Source of the DNA: the human T2T-CHM13v2.0 reference genome, Homo sapiens | NCBI RefSeq assembly: GCF_009914755.1 | Contig: NC_060937.1 | Length of the DNA stretch: 64,000 nucleotides | Strand: one strand, 5' to 3' | Part shown: positions 55,546-64,000 of the stretch, piece by piece | Numbering within the stretch: position 1 is the stretch's first letter | Layout: every line of letters starts with the position of its first letter | Position numbers and translations under genes: made by a program | Notes under the pieces: generated by a model | What the model was told of the DNA's origin: nothing | Databases searched by the model: none | What the model saw: the letters and a program-made list of their open reading frames with translations, nothing else

Positions 55546-56509
55546 CTAAAAGGACAACTTTTAAAAGCCATCTCTCTTGTACATGTCAAAAATGTCATCA
55601 AAATGCCACTTTCTGGTACTACCTATTTAGACCTTTGAAATGCAAATATTTCAGCACAGAAGCCCAGAGTCCTTGGGGAGGAGGTGGATGGTCTGCCTGC
55701 TTCACTAAAAGGGGAGTGGTAGAAAAGGGGCTGAAAGGACTAAAAAAGCTGAACTTGAGTTAATTTACCTTCCTGTCAGTGATCTCAAGTTTGTCTCATA
55801 GGAAGGTTTTGCATGCCAAAAATGGTTCTTTTGTTTAATCTCAATAGGGAAAAACTGTGCAGGTTTTAGTTTATTCTGTATGCCAGGCCATGCATTTAGA
55901 GAACTTCTTATGCACACACACATAAGTAATAATTACTCTTCAAAATTTGGCAAATGTCCAAAATGTAGCAATTTCCCATACCTGGAAGGTATGTAATTTT
56001 TTAGCAAAATCTTTTTTTAATAAATCTGAATTAAAATGTTTTGCCAAGCATAGAGCCTCCAAGGCTATAAGAGATAATGTGTCAACGGTCCCTGCATCGA
56101 AAATGAAAGTTTCATCCTACATGAGAAGCTCATTTATCTTCTGTGCAGTTACTCTCTAAAATCTTATCTTATATTTAAATTCAATGTAACTTGGGGGGAA
56201 AAAAAGTCATTTTGAAACTCCAAACTAAGAAACTGATTGAGCACTCAGAATTATTTTTTGCAGAAATAATTATAAAATCACTTTAATTGTTGTATTGATT
56301 ATATACAAGAATTTTTGAGCCTGATTTTTTAAAATGATACTTTCTTACTATATATTTTAATTGTCTTATAATTTGGTTCAATATTGCCCTTTTAAAAAAT
56401 GAAAAAATCATCACATCATATAGAGTGAGGGATCAAGTTTGTGTTAGGAATAGAGTTTTAAGCCAAAGTTTCCTGAGGTTCAATTTACTCTGTATAAAAT
56501 ACATTCGAT

Positions 56510-56800
56510 GGCCAGGCGCAGTGGCTCACACCTGTAATGCCAGCACTTTGGGAGGTCTAGCCAGGCAGATTGCCTGAGCTCAGTAGCTCGCGACCAGCCT
56601 GGGCAACAGGGTGAAACCCCGTCTCTACCAAAATACAAAAAATTAGCCATGCATGGCGGCATGCAACTGTAGTCCCAGCTACTCAGGAGCTTGAACCCAG
56701 GAGGTGGACGTTGCAGTGAGCCGAGATCGCACCACTGCACTCCAGCCTGGGCAACAGGGCGAGACTCAGTCTCAAAAAAATAATTAATTAATTTAATTTA
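56510..56800 (+). mobile_element. Alu with a short right-arm deletion
   Basis: ctactcaggag|cttgaaccc; TSD-like aatacattc on both sides. Confidence 0.94.
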
Positions 56801-58698
56801 ATACATTCCATTATTTGAAAAAAATCCACACTCATTGGTTATCTGGACTGGATTCTAAATTGGGAGATAGATGGTGAGCCTCTTTGTGATCACTGACCAG
56901 CGCGTACCTGGAATATACAATGTGTGCTGCAGTGCCGCACATGTATACACACAAACACACTTTTATACATATTAGGATATGCATACATTTGTCAGGGAGA
57001 CATAGAAAACTGCAACTTTTTATTAGTAATAGCCCACATTTATCTAGTACTTACTATGTGTTAAGCTATATGCTAAGTGCTTTACCTGCATGGGTCAAAA
57101 CAGAAATATCTAAGGCAGCATGTCATTAATTAAAGTAATATGAATAATTAAAATAATATCATTATTTTAAAATAACTATAATTGCTTTTTATATTTATTA
57201 AAATAATTATAAATAAATGTTTGGAACACTCATTGATATAAAATGGCCTCTCTTATGGCGAATTCTAAGAAACACTAGGTTCTTTGACTGCAAACAGGTG
57301 TTACTTAAAAAAAGAAAGGTTAAGTAAGTTTAAGGAAGGATAAGATAAAATAAGTCAACAGGCTTCTGTACCATAGCACTTCTTAAAGCCTTTATTATAC
57401 AACTACACACAGTACTGTGAGAGAGAGACAGAGACTGAAGACCCTGACATCACACTCATGCAAGGACACACGACATCTTAGAGCCCATCTCCGACCTGAT
57501 ATACACAGAGTACACCTTGGAAAACATTAATACAAAGACTCAAAGTGCAACCTCATGGAAGAGTCAGGTAGGTGGAAAATGCTCATAAAGGAGATTAGAT
57601 GTGACATTTGTTTGAAAGGAGACTTTCCACTTGACTGATTGGTGGGGAGGGGAAGCTGAAGTTGGGGGGAGTAATAGGGACAAAGGCACAGAGCCCAGAC
57701 AGGGCGACGAAGTCGAGGGACATCAGGCAGCAAGAGCAGCCCAGGGCAGAGCTCCGGAAGCCTTGTAAGGGGAGTTAACGAATTGGGTAATACAGGGAGC
57801 CCTACTTGGACATGATTGTTCCTTTAAACCATCTCTTCTTTCCTTTACTAGGGAGAATAGACAATCACAGGCCCCTGTTCTAAAGCCTCTACTTAGCTAT
57901 GACAGCACAGTTTTTATTCAAGAGAAGCTTGTCAACAAATTCGAAGACAAAAATCATTATATATTTATATATATGTATTAGAACCATGTATAGGAACCAG
58001 GATCTTTAGGGCATGTCTTAGAATGTGAGTTGAGGGGAAAATGCTACCCCAGTTGAAGCGGAGTAAGACAGTGGAAAGAGCATTGATCAGGGAACTGAGA
58101 AATTTTTCTGGTCTCAGTTCCACCAGCTCCATGACTGCAGTCAAGTCCCTTAGCATCTTTGAATCTCGACCTCAGAGATTATCAGTAAAGGCAGAGATGT
58201 GGCTGGACGATCTAAAATCTATGAAGCCCTAAATGTCTACATTCTCTAGAGTGGTTTCTGTGTATTTGTGTTTTTAGGTTTTTTTTTTTTCTTAAATAAC
58301 AGAAGTAAACATTGTGACATAGAGTGGGGATGATAATATCAACCTGACAGAGCTGATATAAGAGTTTAATATAAAAGACTAACAACATAAATGTAAATTG
58401 TTACATTATTTCTCTAAGGCATGGCCACTTTTGCAATGGGTTCTTCATGTGCCCACCATTCTCACTTACGTTATTCCAAGTCACACCTCTCACTCCATGC
58501 TTTGTGGTCGTTATTTGTCCTATGATTCCCGATTCTATTTGCCTCCTTTAAACATGACAAGCCAAGGAGTAAAAAGATAAGGAAGATAAGGACCAAAGGG
58601 TGAAGGCAGAGGTTTTTCTCATTTGAGCATCAGCCTGCTCATCTCATTCTCACACTCTTGCCTGGAATTCCTCAAAACATCTTTCTCTTGGTGTAGAC

Positions 58699-58907
58699 CA
58701 GTGGTTCTCAAATGCAGGTGATTTTGCCTGCCAGGGAATATTTGGCAATCTGGAGACATTTTTGGTTGTCAGCTAAGGGTCTAGGAGGTCTACTGGTATG
58801 TTGTAGATAGAGATCTGGGTGCTGCCAATCACCTTGCAAAGCATAGGACAGCCCCTACAATTAATCATCTAGCCCCAAATATCAGCAGAGCTGAGGCTGA
58901 GAAACTG
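58699..58907. mobile_element. MER20 hAT-Charlie MITE
   Basis: cagtggttctcaa...atttggcaatctggagacatttttggttgtca...aggacagcccctac...tgaggctgagaaactg. Confidence 0.88.
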
Positions 58908-59479
58908 GCCCAACTGAAGTAGGGAGTTTAGCAAAGAAAAGTATGTGTTGGGAATGCAAAGAAAATGGATACACTAGCAGTAGATAATGGGGTTATGAAG
59001 ATTACGCTTTTTTAAAGCACTTTTGCATTTTAACAGTTTTCAATGAACTTAGGTTACTTTTAATTTTTCCCCAGCTATCTGGTGGAGCAGAGGAAGAAAT
59101 GCTATTGGAAAACTTCATTGTGTTTGAGGTTTTATTATAGTACAAAGCCAAGAGACAGGTCAGCAGGGGGCTAACTTATTTTAAGTTCTTTTATTCTTTT
59201 ATACCATAATGAGGTATATGCCATGGAGAAATTGCTAAATCCTAATGGAAGTAGCAGCTGTGTGCCATGTTGATTATGTGATGCTGGGGGTATCCAGCGT
59301 ACCCCAAGTAAGACCCAAAGTACCCAAAGTAAGTGATGCCTGTTTTTTCTCACCTATCCTGGTAGGCTTCCATCATCTTCTTACGCCTTATTTTAAAAGC
59401 CCCCTACTCCCAAAACGAGAGTACTTAACATCTATACTAATGTCAAATCGTATGCTGAGGATGAGATACCTTCAGTTCC

Positions 59480-59780
59480 TTTTTGTTTGTTTGTTTTTTG
59501 AGACAGAGTTTCACTCTTGTTGTCCAGCTGGAGTGCAATGGTGGGATCTTGGCTCAATGCAACCTCCTCCTCCTGGGTTCAAGTGATTGTCCTGCCTTAG
59601 CCTCCAGAGTAGCTGGGATTACAGGCACCTGCCACCATGCCCGGCTAATTTTTTGTGTGTTTTTAGTAGAGACGGGATTTCACCATGTGGGCAAGGCTGG
59701 TCTCGAACTGCTGAGCTCAGGTGATCCACCTCAGCCTCCCAACGTACTAGGATTACAGGCATGAGCCACCATACCCGACC
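59480..59780 (-). mobile_element. AluS (Sq/Sp-like)
   Basis: gagtttcactcttgttg diagnostic; antisense full Alu. Confidence 0.95.
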
Positions 59781-60252
59781 TCCATTTTTACCTTCAAGTA
59801 AACAGTCCATGTAAAATAATGACTCACATTAGTAGATAATACTTACATAATATTTATATTTATGTAACTCTATAGCTTGTAATAACCTAGTATTTCATAA
59901 ATGTTAGCTCAATTATTCCCCACAACAAGATTACAATGCATTATTAGCCCATTTTACTGCTGAGGAGATTTCCAGGAAGTTGATGTTCACAAGGCTCACA
60001 GGGTGTTCAAGCCCCTGACTGCCAAGTGGTGGCTTTTCATTCTACCCAATACGAAGCACGGATATTTATGGTATTTCATCACACCCCACACTCAGGAACA
60101 CAAATACTGGTTTTCTATACCTGAAAGTGAAAATGGTGGTTTTCTTTATCAAGGCTAATTTTTTGCTACTGATGACAACCTCTCATCATGATTTCATTAG
60201 AAATTTAAGACTTGGTAAAGCTCCTAAACATCAAAGCAAAGGCTTCACTGGT

Positions 60253-60610
60253 CATGTTAGTTTGCTAGGGTTCCCATAACAAAGTACCACAGATTGGGTT
60301 GCTTAAAGAGCAGAAATTACTTTCTCACAAATGAGAAGTTAGAGTCCAAGATCAAGGTTGAGGTCTTCTGAAGCTTCCCTCCTTGGTTTGTAGACACCAT
60401 TTTCTCCCTGGGTCTTCACATGGTCTTCCCTCTGTGTGTGTCTGTGTCATGATCTCTTCTCATAAGGATACAAGTCAGATTGGATTAAAGCCTACGCTGG
60501 TGACCTAATTTTGACTTAATACCTATCTCCGAATACAGTTGCATTTTGGAGTATAGGGAGTGAGGACTTCAACCTATGAATTTTAGGGGGACGCAATTCA
60601 TCCCACAATA
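60253..60610 (-). mobile_element. MLT1A/B-like MaLR solo LTR
   Basis: ttagtttgctaggg..ccataacaaagtaccacaga...ggggacgcaattcatccc; 5-bp TSD ctggt at 60248-60252 and 60611-60615. Confidence 0.9.
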
Positions 60611-61567
60611 CTGGTGTCAGGGAATTTGCTAGAGCTCAGATCTGGGATCCATAAGTAACTGAAACCACAATGCCCAAACAGAAAGATCTTTTTGGAGTTA
60701 TGCCATGTTCCGCTTTACCTATAATTTTTACATGTTAAAAAATATATCTAAACACTGCATTTTATTCTTAGAGCTTACCTTTGTGCAGTGATGTGGAAGA
60801 TGTATTGACATGTTAATGAACTAATGTTTCAAGTTCTGCTGAACATTTAATTTTAAAAGATGTGAGGGGGCCGTTTAAGAGGTCTGTTTTTGGCTGCTTG
60901 GGAAACCACTTTTTGACTTTCTATGTGACTTCATTCTCCCTCCTACACCGTGGCAGGCCCAGGTCCTTGCTAGCATCAGGCTGTGCACAGCTTGGGTGGA
61001 GCTGCTGGGAGCTGCAAGGCTGCTGCTCTCCTCCTTTCCAGGTGCATTAACCTGAATTCGCCTATAGAGTGAAGCGATTAACCGAATTCAAAATTATCTC
61101 AAATAGGACAGAGCTTTTGTAGACATACCTGACATTTTTATATTTCAAGGGAGGCTGGAGGAGAAAGAACATCATAGACAACAGAACTAACTGCCAAGAT
61201 TAGCTGCTGCTCTGTTGTTCTGTTGAGAGAGAAAGAAAAAGAACTAGAATTTTTATATGTAGATGCCCCTGATACGCATACATATTTTTCTCTGAAATAA
61301 AGATGATGGCAATTGATCTAGAGAATAACAGCATGTATAGAAATAGAAAGAACTTGATTCTTGGCTCATGAAGTCTGGCTTATATCAGCAAATCTGGTAT
61401 TTGCTTCTTGCACGCCCTTGAGCAAATTGCTCCCCTCTGAGATTTATTTTCCATATGCAATAGGATGGGCATCATCTCAGTGAAGCCTATTTATTTTACA
61501 GTTTTATATGGATCAAATGAGATACAGTACATGAAATGTAAGTAAACAATTACCATTTTGAGAATTT

Positions 61568-61730
61568 TGTTTATTTTATTTTTATTGAGGTAAAAAATGT
61601 ATACAATTTACCCTATTTATCATTTTTAAATGTACAGTTCAGTAGTAGCAAGTGCATTATATTATTTTTCTTCTTCAGTTCTCCCTCCCTCCTTGCCTTC
61701 CCAGCCTCTGGTAACCACCATTCTACTCTC
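61568..61730 (-). mobile_element. Short L1M 3' end
   Basis: ttttattgaggtaaaa...ttttaaatgtacagttcagtag...cccagcctctggtaaccaccattctactctc. Confidence 0.75.
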
Positions 61731-62094
61731 AGAGTTAGCAATGTATTTCTATTCTCTCTAGTTGGAAATCCATCTAATCTCAGAGAATGAGAGAGAAGGA
61801 CGAATCACAAGTAATCACAGATGCAATGAAAATAATATTTAATAACCTCTTACTACACCTGGGCAGTATATTAAGCAATTTATAAAGGTGGTCTTATCTA
61901 ATTCTCACAAAATCCTTTGAGATAGGCATTGTTCTTCTCTCTATTGTAGCTTCAAGGAAATCAATATTTAAAGAGGTTAAGAGTCAAAGGCAGACTTTGT
62001 CTCTGGGTTATCCAACTTCAGTATCTCTGAGTTTAGCTCGTATTCTATATGGTATCCACGAGAATAACAACAATGTAAATATAGTTAAATCTTT

Positions 62095-62558
62095 GAACTC
62101 CCAATCTAGCAAGGCAGGCCAACATTCAAATTCAGGAAATACAGAGAATGCCACAAAGATACTCCCCGAGAAGAGCAACTCCAAGACACATAATTGTCAG
62201 ATTCACCAAAGTTGAAATGAAGGAAAAAATGTTAAAAGCAGCCAGAGAGAAAAGTTGGGTTACCCACAAAGGGAAGCCCATCAGACTAACAGCGGATCTC
62301 TCGGCAGAAACCCTACAAGCCAGAAGAGAGTGGGGGCCAATATTCAACATTCTTAAAGAAAAGAATTTTCAACCCAGAATTTCATATCCAGCCAAACTAA
62401 GCTTCATAAGTGAAGGAGAAATAAAATACTTTACAGACAAGTAAATGCTGAGAGATTTTGTCACCACCAGGCCTGCCCTAAAAGAGCTCCTGAAGGAAGT
62501 ACTAAACATGGAAAGGAACAACCGGTACCAGCCACTGCAAAAACATGCCAAATTGTAA
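62095..62558 (+). pseudogene. L1 ORF1p C-terminal part, inactivated
   Basis: RATPRHIIVRFTKVEMKEKMLKAAREK...YPAKLSF; premature TAA at 62442-62444; natural stop at 62556-62558. Confidence 0.95.
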
Positions 62559-62621
62559 AGATCATCGAGGCTAGGAAGAAACTGCATCAACTAACGAGCA
62601 AAATAACCAGCTAACATCATA

Positions 62622-64000
<1,379 letters not shown>

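Overview
Primate (human-like) non-coding genomic DNA, AT-rich and repeat-dense. I see no recognisable host protein-coding gene, rRNA, tRNA, CRISPR array or CpG island. The ORF track is explained by Alu, L1 and Tigger remnants or by chance. Mobile elements: a near full-length Tigger2 DNA transposon (1310-4225), about 16 Alu J/S copies or fragments, several L1 fragments (two with 5'-inversion architecture, plus a 5'-truncated L1PA running off the right edge), MaLR (MLT1) solo LTRs, hAT MITEs (MER5A/5A1, MER20, MER58A, MER94) and many MIR/L2 relics. Subfamily names come from recalled consensus sequences, not from a search. Structure not explained by repeats: (1) a non-Alu inverted repeat at 46026-46489 with ~205-bp arms of ~95% identity; (2) a ~99% identical 240-bp tandem duplication inside the old Tigger2; (3) an old ~210-bp locally templated insertion that splits an MLT1 LTR; (4) a 108-bp AT-rich hairpin at 52394-52501; (5) a CTCF motif next to a perfect 16-bp palindrome; (6) an everted double-NBRE site; (7) several low-confidence minus-strand exon-like segments.
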